A stretch of DNA of 63,457 nt, counting the filler, from Octopus bimaculoides (Eukaryota), in the NCBI RefSeq assembly GCF_001194135.2. It is 6 parts of 5 records of this genome, joined end to end, with 100 filler letters (N's around TTAATTAATTAA, not from the genome) between each part and the next. Parts side by side here need not be neighbours in the genome. Positions count along the whole stretch, not along the records: positions 1 to 23,236 come from NC_068983.1; 5 more parts are not named here. One strand, 5' to 3'. Under the pieces are notes generated by a model that was not told the origin of the DNA, did no database searches, and worked only from the letters and a program-made list of their open reading frames with translations. Shown one piece after another: positions 1-11,974 of this stretch (position 1 is its first letter; the number at the start of each line of letters is the position of its first letter). The position numbers and the translations under genes are program-made.

Positions 1-5
1 GAAAC

Positions 6-288
6 TGTGGTGCGATGGAGGAAGAAGACAACAAGAAGCAAAAGGACAGAATGAAGCGTTGGACCTTACCTTGCCGACCGCAGTGGGGTACACGATCACT
101 CCTAATCAGAACACGTCTTTCTCGTAACGTCGCTGTTTTCTCACTGGCCCCACGTGCTAGCCTTCGACCGCGTGTCGCCGACTTCCGATCTGACCCTTCC
201 GGTTTGGCCCGTCCGGTCTGGCTTCACCTCTGTTTGCCTCGCCCCTCTCCACCACAACACATAGCTCGTCACAGCCCATAACACCACA
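6..288. mobile_element. Solo LTR (283 bp) in COG7 intron
   Basis: Starts TGTGGTG (6-12) and ends CACCACA (282-288), a 7-bp terminal inverted repeat with TG...CA ends. Flanked by identical 5-bp GAAAC at 1-5 and 289-293 (TSD). Confidence 0.85.
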
Positions 289-1309
289 GAAACATTTAGA
301 AAAAATCTAGATTCTATAAAGTATGTGGCTCTAACAGTTGAAGGATCATGATTTTGATCTTGTTGGGTTTCAATGGATATTTCAGTTTTCTATAATTTAT
401 TTATTGGAAGTGTTGTGAAAAAAGTAATTGTTGAATTAATGAGAACAAATATATCTTGTTTTGTTTGGTTTTATTGTCATTAATTAGGAAGAGAGATAGT
501 GGCAATGCTCATTGTCTTTTGTGCCTCCTCATAGACTAGTGAGATTGATTTAGTTGATGGTTAACTGGAAATTTTGTGGAAAGGGACCTCCTTACCCACA
601 ATTTTCAGCTAACCGTCAACTAAACCAATCTCACCAGTCTATGTAGTAGTTTTGGAAAGAAATGATTGAAGTATTTAATGTTTGGGGAGAAACAGTTGAA
701 TAAAAGGAACTTAAATAAAGATGATACACTGCCTGCTAGCTGAGAGAAGCAAGCAGGTAGTTTTAGAAAACATGAATAGCAAGCAGTGTAGTGTTGAGTG
801 AGTTTTTGTTTGTTAGCCATATGATGTCTTTCACCAACTTTATTTACATCACTGCTTCTATATCATGTCTAGACATCATTCAAACTGTTATTCCTTTTTA
901 AGTTAATAAAGTCTTCCCATTTCTTTAAACCCTTTCAAGTCCATATTTCCAGTGAAACATGCAGTGCCAATATATTTTGATTAATTTGAGAAATAATCAA
1001 CTTTGAAGAATCTAGTAAAGTAGAAAACTTCCATCAAGTTGATGTTTGGAGCATAATAAGAGTTCTTATGTTATGATGGAATTTAAATATAAATTATTAA
1101 AATTATTAAATACTTTAAAGCAATTTGGTACCATAGCACTAGCAGTGGTCTTGGGTGAGGGTTAGTATCAAAAGTGGAAAAATGTTACTGACAACACCTA
1201 CTGATTCCATCGATTGTTTCTTGAAAAACTTTCAAAATTTCCATTAAAAGACCCAATTTCTTTTCTTTAAATTTTTGTTCCAATTCTATTTGAATTTTCT
1301 AATTTGCAG

Positions 1310-1393
1310 GTGTGGACATCCCTGAGTGCTGGAACAGCCATAACCTCTGACCTTCCTGCATTTAGTCTTTCACCTCAAGAATACATCACAAAG
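1310..1393 (+). CDS. COG7: COG7 internal coding exon (VWTSLSAGTAITSDLPAFSLSPQEYITK)
   Basis: ttgcag| acceptor and |gtaag donor, phase 0/0, 84 nt. LPAFSLSPQEYIT matches the COG7 C-terminal motif LPAFSLxPxEYI. Confidence 0.93.
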
Positions 1394-1939
1394 GTAAGAC
1401 TGTAATTTCTGTTTGTTGATTACTTCAATTCATACATTAGATGGTGTACTTAGTGATAAAATTTAGTGTAGTGTTGGTGGTTATATGGTCAATGATATGT
1501 TTAAACCTTCACTCTATAATTTACTATAGGTATTTTATAGTGTCATCAATTAATTTAATCAGAAATTAACTTTAACACTTTACTAACTAATCAGTGTTTG
1601 AAAGACCTTTCTATTCCCATTAGTGGAAAGGACATTGTCAATATTTTAATAAATTTTTCAGATTATTTTGTGTTTCCTAATTATGTATTTTTAATGTTGG
1701 TAATTCCAGTTGTAATTAACTTCTTACTTGTCTCTCACAGTTTCATATTGAATTACAAATCAATGAGCAATAAAATCTATTACAAATCAATAAATCTATT
1801 ATAAATCAATCGACTGAAATTGTGAAAAGTTTCATCTTACATTGAACTTCAAATTCAAATCAAATTTAAGCTTAAAAAATGAAACTAAATTCTTTTCTTT
1901 TTTGTGATTAAATTTGGGTTTAGACATTTCTCTCTGATA

Positions 1940-3419
1940 TCTATATATATAAAAATGAGAATGTGTGTCTGTCTGTCTGTGTGAATCCCTAAAACTCGAG
2001 AACTACGCAACCAATTTCATTCAAATTTTACACATGCCTTACTTAGGGTTCCAGTTGTGTTTTAGTCAAAAAAAATTATGAACTTCTTGCAGAGTTCGAG
2101 CACACGGCAACATAATATCTCCTCCACTATTTAAGTATTAAGTGTCAAAAGTGAAACAAAAACACTCATGTCAAATACTTTCACTTTAAAAATGAAACTA
2201 AATTCTTTTCTTTTTTGTGATTAAATTTGGGTTTAGACATTTCTCTCTGATATCTATATANNNNNNNNNNNNNNNNNNNNNNNNNNNNNNNNNNNNNNNN
2301 NNNNNNNNNNNNNNNNNNNNNNNNNNNNNNNNNNNNNNNNNNNNNNNNNNNNNNNNNNNNNNNNNNNNNNNNNNNNNNNNNNNNNNNNNNNNNNNNNNNN
2401 NNNNNNNNNNNNNNNNNNNNNNNNNNNNNNNNNNNNNNNNNNNNNNNNNNNNNNNNNNNNNNNNNNNNNNNNNNNNNNNNNNNNNNNNNNNNNNNNNNNN
2501 NNNNNNNNNNNNNNNNNNNNNNNNNNNNNNNNNNNNNNNNNNNNNNNNNNNNNNNNNNNNNNNNNNNNNNNNNNNNNNNNNNNNNNNNNNNNNNNNNNNN
2601 NNNNNNNNNNNNNNNNNNNNNNNNNNNNNNNNNNNNNNNNNNNNNNNNNNNNNNNNNNNNNNNNNNNNNNNNNNNNNNNNNNNNNNNNNNNNNNNNNNNN
2701 NNNNNNNNNNNNNNNNNNNNNNNNNNNNNNNNNNNNNNNNNNNNNNNNNNNNNNNNNNNNNNNNNNNNNNNNNNNNNNNNNNNNNNNNNNNNNNNNNNNN
2801 NNNNNNNNNNNNNNNNNNNNNNNNNNNNNNNNNNNNNNNNNNNNNNNNNNNNNNNNNNNNNNNNNNNNNNNNNNNNNNNNNNNNNNNNNNNNNNNNNNNN
2901 NNNNNNNNNNNNNNNNNNNNNNNNNNNNNNNNNNNNNNNNNNNNNNNNNNNNNNNNNNNNNNNNNNNNNNNNNNNNNNNNNNNNNNNNNNNNNNNNNNNN
3001 NNNNNNNNNNNNNNNNNNNNNNNNNNNNNNNNNNNNNNNNNNNNNNNNNNNNNNNNNNNNNNNNNNNNNNNNNNNNNNNNNNNNNNNNNNNNNNNNNNNN
3101 NNNNNNNNNNNNNNNNNNNNNNNNNNNNNNNNNNNNNNNNNNNNNNNNNNNNNNNNNNNNNNNNNNNNNATTACAAATCAATAAATCTATTATAAATCAA
3201 TCGACTGAAATTGTGAAAAGTTTCATCTTACATTGAACTTCAAATTCAAATCAAATTTAAGCTTAAAAAATGAAACTAAATTCTTTTCTTTTTTGTGATT
3301 AAATTTGGGTTTAGACATTTCTCTCTGATATCTATATATAAAGATGATGTGTAGTCTAGACGGCGTTTTTAGATTTCATTATTCTCTTTAACCCGGGCAA
3401 CGCCGGGTATTTCTGCTAG
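1940..3419 (+). mobile_element. Non-autonomous Helitron (spans an N gap)
   Basis: 5' A|TCTATATATATAAAAATGAG...TAAAACTCGAGAAC. 3' hairpin ACCCGG-GCAACG-CCGGGT (3391-3408), then CTAG|T (3416-3420). A-T target, no TSD: canonical Helitron ends. Confidence 0.8.
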
Positions 3420-3534
3420 TCTTTTATATATTTCTGTCTTTTGCTTGTAGTTCTATATTTAAGAGATGAGGAATTATGTACATTATTTACATTCGACGGA
3501 TATTTGTCCTCATCTTGTTTTATAATAGATTTAT

Positions 3535-3624
3535 AATCGAACTCGGAATCTTGGGGTTAGTAGCCCACGCTCTTAACCACTATGCCATATGCCCGTGGGC
3601 AATTATGGCATAGTGGTTAAGAGC
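3535..3624 (-). mobile_element. tRNA-derived SINE head fragment with inverted duplication (hairpin)
   Basis: Minus strand reads TGGCATAGTGG (A box) ... GAGTTCGATT (B box). 3569-3589 and 3604-3624 are perfect reverse complements. Confidence 0.7.
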
Positions 3625-4056
3625 AAAAATTGAATAGAACTTTCCAACAGGTGCATGTGTGTATATATACATTTGTGTATGAGTCATATATGTGTATGTA
3701 TTGTATATTGTGAATGTATGTCGTGTGTGTGTCTATGTATATAGTGTATACATATGTGTATGTGTATTATGTGGCTATAAAAATAGATATTTTAGTTTGG
3801 TTATGTTAAGCCAGCCAAGAATCGTGCTCCTTACTTGACAAAATTATGTTTTAGCTCAAAAACTATTTGTTTGTTCATGTCAGTTAAATCAAGCTCCAGT
3901 TGGTTTAGAGGGAAGTATTATCTTTGTTGGACTTAAAATATTTGGGAGTTGGCTGGTAAAAAAAAACTCTGGAGGTTATGGCCACTACTCTGTCTCCTAA
4001 CTTGGCTGGAAATGGACACTAAAGGTTATGGTCACTGTCCCATCTCAATTCATTGT

Positions 4057-4275
4057 CATCATCATCATCATCACTTAACGTCTGTTTTCCATGCTAGTAT
4101 GGGTTGGACAGTTTGATGAAAGCTGGCAAGACTAGGAGCTGCACCAGATTCTATTGTCTGTTTTGGCATGGTTTCTACAGCTAGATGCCCTTCTTAAAGC
4201 CAACCACTTTACAGAATGTACTGAGTGCTTTTTATGTGGCACCAGCACCAGTGCTTTTTATGAAGCACCAGCACC
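4057..4275 (-). mobile_element. Short retroposon family B ((GAT)n tail, RTE-associated SINE-like)
   Basis: (CAT)n followed by ttaacgtctgttttccatgctagtatgggttggac...gatgcccttc; homologous to the copies at 9032, 11690 and 17600. Confidence 0.75.
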
Positions 4276-4728
4276 AATAGGATCGCCAAATACTTAGCCA
4301 GATAAAGACCCCTCAACTAGAACTGGGTGTGGTTTTGTACCACTTGAGAGATTAACAGCGACAGAGTAGATACATGGTGACCCCAGTTGGAAAAGAAAGG
4401 ATATTGGGTTAGAGATTATTCTGGTTATAATCATCCTCTCTTTTTTAGGCATAGTGTACAAAGACTACATTATCTGATGTCATTTTTTTTCAAAATAGTA
4501 GGTTAAGATTTGAGATTTAGTTGCTATTTATTGCAGGTTGAATAACCTTGTAGAACTGCCCTTGTTGGTTAGTACTCATGTAGATAATTTCTGTTGATAT
4601 TTTCAGTGACTATTTAAAATTATGGTTGAGTTACTTTATTAATAGTGTGATCAATACATATATAGAAGCATTTTTACTGATTTCATTACTTTGTTATATT
4701 ACAAAAGCCGCTAATTTATCTCCAACAG

Positions 4729-4843
4729 GTTGGTCAGTACTTAATGACCTTACCACAGTTATTGGAACCATATATAATCCAAGACAATCAAGCTGTCACT
4801 GTAGCATTGCAACATGGACGTTTGCCATACACTGAGGATCAAG
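4729..4843 (+). CDS. COG7: COG7 coding exon (VGQYLMTLPQLLEPYIIQDNQAVTVALQHGRLPYTEDQ)
   Basis: Branch-like ctaat at 4711, caacag| acceptor, |gtaat donor, phase 0/1. Matches COG7 GQYxMxLPxxLEP...ALxxGxLP. Confidence 0.93.
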
Positions 4844-5628
4844 GTAATGTAGTTCTGGATATTTCTCTCTTTCAGTGTTATAAGGGCCTCAAATTTACAG
4901 AGGATGGGAATAGTAAGTTACCAAAAGTTGTTAATATACCAAAGACTTTAGTAGTGTAATTCAGGTGAGATTTCTTCAAATAGATATTGAAACCTCAATT
5001 TATTGGAAGAATAGTTCATTCATTTTAAAGTTTATTCTGAAAGTAGAACAGTATTGATATTGTTTCTATGATGGGGAGCACTAGCACTCAGCTATTGCAA
5101 ACTATTAAAACAATGTTTTACCAAAGAGTTCCCAATTCTGTCACAACCAAACAAAATATACATGTTTCCTTCTTCTACATACAATATACAATGAACTGAG
5201 TTGAAGACAATGGTTTCAGTTCCCAGAATATGGAGTTAATCAAACAAGCACTTTCCATTAATAATACAAAAGCAACAGGCCACTTTATAGCATATAGATT
5301 ATTGAATTGGATCACATCATATAACTAATATTTCATCAACTTCCAAGGTAAATTCCCACCATCACAGTATTTGAATTCAGCATATTTAGAAACAAAAATA
5401 AATTCCATAAACTGATTTAGACACTTAGTCACTCAACCTGCTGGAAATAATAGCTTAGTTCCCTCAAATTATAATCTATTGTCTTAAAAAGAGGATACAT
5501 TGGATAATGTAATCCAAGCTACTCAAGGTCTGAGAAATCAAGGCTGGAATGCTTTTAGCTATAAGTCTGCTTGAGCAAGGCTGGTTTGGTATAACTACAT
5601 CAACTAATGGTCTTTTAATGATTTGTAG

Positions 5629-5760
5629 ACATTCCTGAACACAGTGCTGATTTGTGGCTGCAGTCTATTGCCCGAGGAACAATGTTTTTGTATTCAGAAG
5701 AAATCCTGAAGATTTATGAACTCAGTCCGCATGGCACCAAACAACTTGTCACAGATCTTG
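5629..5760 (+). CDS. COG7: COG7 coding exon (DIPEHSADLWLQSIARGTMFLYSEEILKIYELSPHGTKQLVTDL)
   Basis: tgtag| acceptor, |gtaagt donor, phase 1/1, 132 nt. Matches COG7 ADxWLxSIARxTM...ELSPHxxKQLxTD. Confidence 0.93.
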
Positions 5761-7065
5761 GTAAGTAAACAGGTTCTAAATAATTGGTTTTATCTGCAGA
5801 GACTAATGAAAGATATGTGATAGTTTTGATGTATAATGTTAACCTAGATGAATGGCAGATTACAAATTAGGAGAGAGAGAGAGAAAAGCAGCTGGATATT
5901 ATTAGCTGATGTAGGAAAAATGACTGTTGGTGTATATATAGGTAATGAGTGAACAGGTGTTGTTAGTGAAAGCTATCTGTGGAAAGCTAAGATCAATGAA
6001 GACACAAGTTTGGAAATGTGGTTAAGAAGTTTGTTTAACAACCAAATGATGAACTTAATATCAGAGTTCAACTCCCTGATATTTAATTGATCAATACAGA
6101 ATTTGGTAAAGAGAAACAGTATGGAACCCATTATGATTATTTTACACTAGCTTTTCATACTGGTCTCATATTGATTCCCACTTGAAGTTACTGCCTTTCT
6201 TGTTTTGGTATAGTTTCTTTGACTAGCTCCCCTTCCTAACACCAATCATTTGACAGAATGATGCATGCTTCTTGTCTGGACACCAACATTATCATGCATA
6301 CGCCCTCCACAAAAGAGACGTTACTGTTCTTTGTTGTCCTTTGTGGTTCAAGGCAATTACAGAAGATGAACTAAGGTGATAGTACGAAGGAGGAAATAGT
6401 GTGGTTAAAATGGAAGAGAAAGTTGAAATGAAAGAGTGTCATAAAAAGTAATTGAACAGAGAACAGTAATGAGGGAAACCCTAATGGCAGTCTGCATGTT
6501 TGGTAAGAAAGAGGTGATGTGTTCTCATAAAAATAGTTGAGGGGAGGCATTTTGCAGTTAAGAGCATAGAAGAGCAGTGATAACTACTGAGAGTGATTGA
6601 GTGATGAATTGTTGAGATAACAATGGTAAGAGAGTGGTGGATGTTAAGAGAAACCTGGGGAAGAAGAAGGGGAGCATGTATAGGATGTTAACTGACTCAC
6701 ATTACTCAAGCACCATGGGTGGCAATGATACAGTGAATAGATGAAGGGGCATAGAAAGGCAGAAGAATGAGTAAGATAAGAGGAGTGGGGTAGAAGGAGG
6801 CATAGTCATGGAGGTAGGTTTTATTGATTTTGAAGTTTCTTTTTGTCTATTTGATATTTAGAATTTAGAAAACTAAGATATTTTCATTAACAATTAGTAA
6901 ATAGAGCAAGAGAATTAATCTAAATCTGTAAAACTGAAACTGAAGTTAATTTTTAAAAACCCATAATTTAAGGTAATTTTGTTAGTTTTTAATTTTCTTC
7001 AAGTTTGTTAATATTCTTGTAACTCTCTTAGACTATCTCAGACTTGCTATTCTTTCCATTTGCAG

Positions 7066-7229
7066 ATTACTTATGCAATGTTTTGGATGACCTTGGTCTA
7101 AGTGCAGAACAAATGCATGACATCAAGCAGCTATTGAAAGCTGAACCAGATGAATTCCGGCCTCTTGCTAGTCGAATGCCTCAAAGACTGGCCAATGTGA
7201 TAAGCCAGATGAGAAACATTGAGCTGTAA
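7066..7229 (+). CDS. COG7: COG7 terminal coding exon (DYLCNVLDDLGL...RLANVISQMRNIEL*)
   Basis: ttgcag| acceptor, phase 1, in frame to TAA at 7227-7229. Matches the COG7 C-terminus DYLxNVxDxLGL...PxRLA. Confidence 0.93.
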
Positions 7230-7290
7230 TAATAGGCCGTATGTTCCAGGATACTTCATAACAAATTGTTGTTTTTATTTATTTTTGAGT

Positions 7291-7322
<32 letters not shown>

Positions 7323-8431
7323 CCCTGTCAAGAGGTACAAGCAATAACATACACATGTATGCACACAGTGATAACTTCTGCCTACCAAATTCACTTATAA
7401 GGCTTTTGTCGGCCACACACATGTACAAACAAGAAAAGGGCATGATACACATTATGTAGAGTTCATATTTGTAATGGGGTAGTTGGTAACTCACTTGGCC
7501 ACTCGGTTTCATAGACACTAAACCAGGTGCCTTGTTGATCAAATATCCATGATGGTTGCACACAAGTTTTCGTATCTATAATACTCTGAATAATAGCCAT
7601 ATACATTTTCAAACCAAGGTTACTTATTACCTCAGTTTAAATATATGCAAAAAAAAAAACAGAACAGCACACCAAGTATTGAATACTGATACACACACAG
7701 GTAACATACAGAAAGATCCAGTGTCTGCATTTTCTGTTTATCTGTTCATAATCAACAATATTCATTATTATGTCATTAACATATTTCCTTTAGGGGATAT
7801 TTGGAAGTAGTGATATCCATGCCTTTCTGAAGTGGGGTTACAAATACAGGAGAAATCAAATGGTTCTGCTTACCAAGAGTTTACTCTAGAGCACACTCAC
7901 ATGCATGTATATATGTTTATTCAGGGGACGAAATTAGAAGACTAATCATGTTACTTCAGATGATTTTGAAACTCAAAAGAAACATGCACTCTATCATGTT
8001 ACTGAGCACTTTACTTTAAATTGTGGTTCTCCCAGGCTTCTAAATGTGTATACACACACAAACACACACATATAGGTTAAATAAGGTTCATTATATTCAT
8101 GGAGTAGAAATTAGAGACATGTAAATACATAGAAATCATCTAATATTTTGAAGTGGTGGCAGAGGATACATTTTAACACATTTTTTAATTTCCATTAACA
8201 GCCAAAAGTGGTTTTTAATTCACTACTGGCAACAGTTATCACAGTATCAATGATTTTTTCTTGTTTTTCCTTCTGTTGGGTGATGTGAGCATATATACAT
8301 ATATATTATTAGTTTTGTCTGTTGTTGAGGAACTTGCCAGAACAATTCAGTATCAAGAGCGAAACATTCCAATCTCATGTAACAGCAGCAGGCAGAAGAC
8401 TTTTATAAATAAGCTGCCTTTCCTTTCCTTC

Positions 8432-8502
8432 AATAAAAGACTTATTTGCTCAGACAGAAAGAAAAATTTTTATTAATAAGAAATTGTAAATAAATAAATA
8501 AA
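8432..8502 (+). promoter_or_regulatory. Candidate COG7 polyadenylation signals
   Basis: AATAAA at 8432-8437 and a cluster at 8489-8502, the first clear AATAAA hexamers I see downstream of the stop. Would imply a ~1.2 kb 3'UTR. Confidence 0.4.
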
Positions 8503-9031
8503 AAAAGGAGGGACAAAATATATCCCGAATTATGTTATTCTGTTAGATGTCTTATTTATTTTATATTGCATTCTGTGTTGTTGGTTAGAGGGTCCCAATA
8601 GGACAGTCACTGGTTCATTGTATTTACAATGGTGAGAGAGAGAGTGTCCATACAGGTTGAGTTGTAAAATATGACATGGTGATATCTGGCTTTCATTTGT
8701 AACAAACCAATTTTCTATGATTATAGATCAGTAAGATTTATGAGTCACGACAGACTACTACTGTTAAGAAACAACAATGAAAAGTCACAATATATCCCAT
8801 TTTGGGGGAGCAAACAGAGACTTATGTTATAGCTTCATTATCTAGAGGTTTCCCTGTGAAATAGCAGTCAAATGTCCCTCATGTTACATCTTACTGTCTT
8901 TAAAAAAACACTGAATATTGAAATCATGAAAACTCTTAGATACCTGCAAAGAAAGTGCATTGCCACTACTTATAGTCAATGGAGACTAAACAACAGCACT
9001 GTGGCATGAAAAACCTCAGAACAACTCAGTC

Positions 9032-9170
9032 CATCATCATTTAACATCCATTTTTCATGCTGCCAGAGGTTGGCCAGCTGAAAAACTGCCCAGGTTTCTA
9101 TGGCTGGATACCCTTCCTAATGCCAACCACTTAACAGAGTACCGAGTGCTTTTACGTGGCACCAGCACCC
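9032..9170 (-). mobile_element. Family B short retroposon, partial
   Basis: catcatcatttaacatcc...ggatacccttcctaatgccaaccac shared with the other family B copies. Confidence 0.65.
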
Positions 9171-9336
9171 ACAAGATCACAAGATTAGAAATGCTCCACT
9201 AAAGAAAGATGCAGGGGACACGACTGTATGCAAAGACAACCACAATTTTTGTGTCTTCTCAAGCACAGCAAATTGCCAGGAGTCTCAGTCCCTTGTCATC
9301 CCCTCCGCGAGGCCCAATGGTGGAGGTTGTTCTGAA

Positions 9337-9750
9337 AGAATAAGCTGGGCAAAGTTGAGAGAGCTGCTACCTCTTGGTAACAAAGGGCCTCTCTCTCAGA
9401 GTGAAAGGCAGATTGTATGATGCCTGTATACAAAAAAGTTATGCTACATGGCAGTAGGATATGGGCTGTGAAGGCTTGAAAGAAATAAAGCCAGTATGCT
9501 CCACTGGTTGGGTAATATCAGTGTGCATATACAACAGGGTATACATAGCATCAGATGTTGTGTGCAAGAGAGAAGACCGTGCTGGTACAGTCATGTAATG
9601 CATATGAATGAAGACAGTTGCATCAAGAAGTGCCAATCTCTAATTGTGGAGAGAACGTGGAAGACGGATGAAGTGGTAAGAAAGGATCTTCATACATTAA
9701 GATTCAGGACTAATCAAGGTCTAAACAATAATTGCAGAGAGAGAAATTAA
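9337..9750 (+). pseudogene. RTE-clade LINE ORF2 C-terminal remnant
   Basis: Translates to WAKLRELLPLLVTKGLSLRVKGRLYDAC...MLHGS...WYSHVMHMNEDSCIKKC, typical of the RTE ORF2 C-terminus; broken by stops and frameshifts. Confidence 0.8.
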
Positions 9751-9810
9751 ACAAATGGAATCCTGTAAGGAATTTTCAGACTGTTTTTATTTTGACAAAA
9801 CACAAATGTC

Positions 9811-9816
9811 TTTATT
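9811..9816 (-). promoter_or_regulatory. Polyadenylation signal of the CARD-POLR1D gene
   Basis: AATAAA on the minus strand ~58 nt downstream of the stop codon; a second AATAAA lies near 9786-9791. Confidence 0.6.
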
Positions 9817-9873
9817 AACAGCATATGTCATCTAATTAGAGACACACGCTCACACACAATCTGTTTTTTTTTT

Positions 9874-9912
9874 TTATTCCTGTTGACTTTTCTTGTATGT
9901 ATTCACACTTTC
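9874..9912 (-). CDS. POLR1D: CARD-RPAC2 gene, coding exon 7 (terminal; ESVNTYKKSQQE*)
   Basis: tttttttcttcag| acceptor, phase 0, TAA at 9876-9874. Aligns to the RPAC2 C-terminal helix (human ...FEASIKDYK). Confidence 0.88.
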   Translation of the reverse strand, partial: ESVNTYKKSQQE

Positions 9913-10047
9913 CTGAAGAAAAAAAGAAAAACAAAAGTAACAATTAGGAATATAATTCAGATCAGGCATCAAAATTAAATTATTTGATTTTCTTCTTTTT
10001 ACAACTAAACTCATGAGACACACACAAACACTCTAAATATTACTGTA

Positions 10048-10132
<85 letters not shown>
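10048..10132. repeat. (TG)n(TA)n(CA)n self-complementary microsatellite
   Basis: Seen directly in the last intron of the minus-strand gene. Confidence 0.95.
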
Positions 10133-10134
<2 letters not shown>

Positions 10135-10261
10135 GTGGACCTTTCTTCCACTGGTTAAGCCATCTGGCTGAGGTCATGCTGGGACACTATGTCTCAGAAA
10201 GACATGAAGCTAAACAATTCTAATAGTTGTTCATTTTTCTTAATTAAACTGGTTTACTTAC

Positions 10262-10341
10262 CTCAAATTTATCCAGAACAATTTGGCATAAAGAATTTAA
10301 ATTGTTAAGTCCATCAACTAAAACTTCCACAGCAGGAATAA
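10262..10341 (-). CDS. POLR1D: CARD-RPAC2 gene, coding exon 6 (VIPAVEVLVDGLNNLNSLCQIVLDKFE)
   Basis: ttgtctttag| acceptor, |gtaagt donor, 80 nt, phase 1/0. Matches RPAC2 [26 protein letters not shown]. Confidence 0.93.
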
Positions 10342-10643
10342 CTAAAGACAAAGACAAAAAAGAAAATTAAAATAAGACTATATTTTGCTACGCACACATG
10401 TATATAATATATATATTTGTTTATACACACACTGTATATAACCTATATTTCTAAACAAAAAGAATTTTTTTCTCCAAAAGTAGTTGATTATTTACATACA
10501 TTATGCTCATGCACACCCATGTAGGATAATTTGCATATGGTAATTCACATACTTTTGCTCAAATTCATGCCACTGGGTACTGAGTTATTTCTGTTAACTC
10601 ATCTTTGCTTTAATTATGTAAATTATCTTGGCTATTTTTTTTT

Positions 10644-10990
10644 TGTTTCAGTCATTTGACTGTGGCCATGCTGGAGCACTGCCTTGAAGGATCTTAATCA
10701 AACAAATTGACCCCAGGACTTATTTTTAAGTTTAGTACTTATTCTATTGGCTGCTTTTGTTGAACTGCTAAGTTATGGGGACATGAACACACCAACACCG
10801 ATTGTCATGCAGTGATGGGGAGACAAACACACATATATATGACAGTCCTCTTTCAGTTTCCATCTACCAAATCCACACAAGACTTTGCTTGGCTCAAGGC
10901 TATAGTAGAAGACACTAGCCTTAGGTGACACACAATAGGATGGAACCCAGAACTGTGTGGTTGGGAAGTAAGCTTCTTACCACACAGCCA
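10644..10990 (-). mobile_element. tRNA-derived SINE family C
   Basis: Head GGCTGTGTGGTAAGAAGCTT...GGTTCCATCC, body ...gatttggtagatggaaactgaaag..., tail cagtcaaatgactgaaac; many copies in the window. Confidence 0.85.
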
Positions 10991-11689
10991 TTGTTTTTCT
11001 TTTTTTTGTACATGTCTAAGCCCTTTGTCAATTGGAATCAATGTAGAACTTCTGTGCTGATGAAGACGAGTGCACAGAAAGAAATGACCGCAGATACCCT
11101 GATAGTCATTTCCAGCATGGCGTTTGTACTTCAGAAATTTCTTGATTCTTGAGATTATTTTTTCTTATTCACAGTCAGTCCCAAATGGCACCAAGCAACG
11201 GAAGTGGGGATTATTTCAATAACTCAAGAGTTTACTCACATAAACTTGTATCTAACCTAACATTATGAAACTGGTTATTAACCTGTGTCGAAACTGTTTT
11301 AATTAAAATACCCCACTACAAAATGACAACATTTTATCTGTCCTTCCATATGTTGTATCTAATGTAAATAGCCTATGTCACAAAAACATCACACTCTGCA
11401 GAATGCCAGCATCCTGTTTGCTCCAACACTTGAATTTACCAATAAAACAAATGATGTCACTGTGATGGCAAAGAGAATTATGCAATTTGAAGTGACCAAC
11501 AGCAGTCTGAAGACTTTCACCTAGAGTCACTTAAAATTTATTTAAACTCCTCTTCAGTCTACCTTGAAACATTTGTGATGATATGAACATGTTTTATACC
11601 CACAAAATTTAAGTAATTTAACTTATGTGTGTGTGTTGAATGTACAGTGAGTTAAAGAGTATATAATACATATATTTATTTGTTCAAAG

Positions 11690-11974
11690 ATGATGATTCA
11701 GAGTTGCCTGCCAGTGCCAATGGACTGGCTCCTGTGCAGGTGGCACATAAAATACACCATTTCGAGCGTGGCCGCCGCCTGACTGGCCCTCGTGCCGGTG
11801 GCACATAAAAGCACCCACTACACTTTCGGAGTGGTTGGCGTTAGGAAGGGCATCCAGCTGTAGAAACTCTGCCAAATCAGATTGGAGCCTGGTGTCGCTT
11901 CCTGGTCCACCAGTCCTCAGTCAAATCTTCCAACCCATGCTAGCATTGAAAGCGGACGTTAAACGATGATGATG
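11690..11974 (+). mobile_element. Family B short retroposon, well preserved
   Basis: ggcgttaggaagggcatccagctgtagaaac...ccaacccatgctagcattgaaagcggacgttaaac(gat)n. Confidence 0.8.

Noticed and set aside
15-281. 88-aa ORF at the window start
   Set aside because: Lies wholly inside the solo LTR; no recognisable protein.
2198-3236. Long ORFs spanning N runs (also 24794, 44547-45087, 49133-50370, 51075-52017, 54974-55791, 57663, 60634-61600)
   Set aside because: They are open only because N codons are not stops.
7490-7600. Minus-strand segment with a gtgagt donor reading ...CVQPSWIFDQQGTWFSVYETEWP
   Set aside because: No family recognised, weak acceptor, no partner exons found; it lies in the probable COG7 3'UTR.
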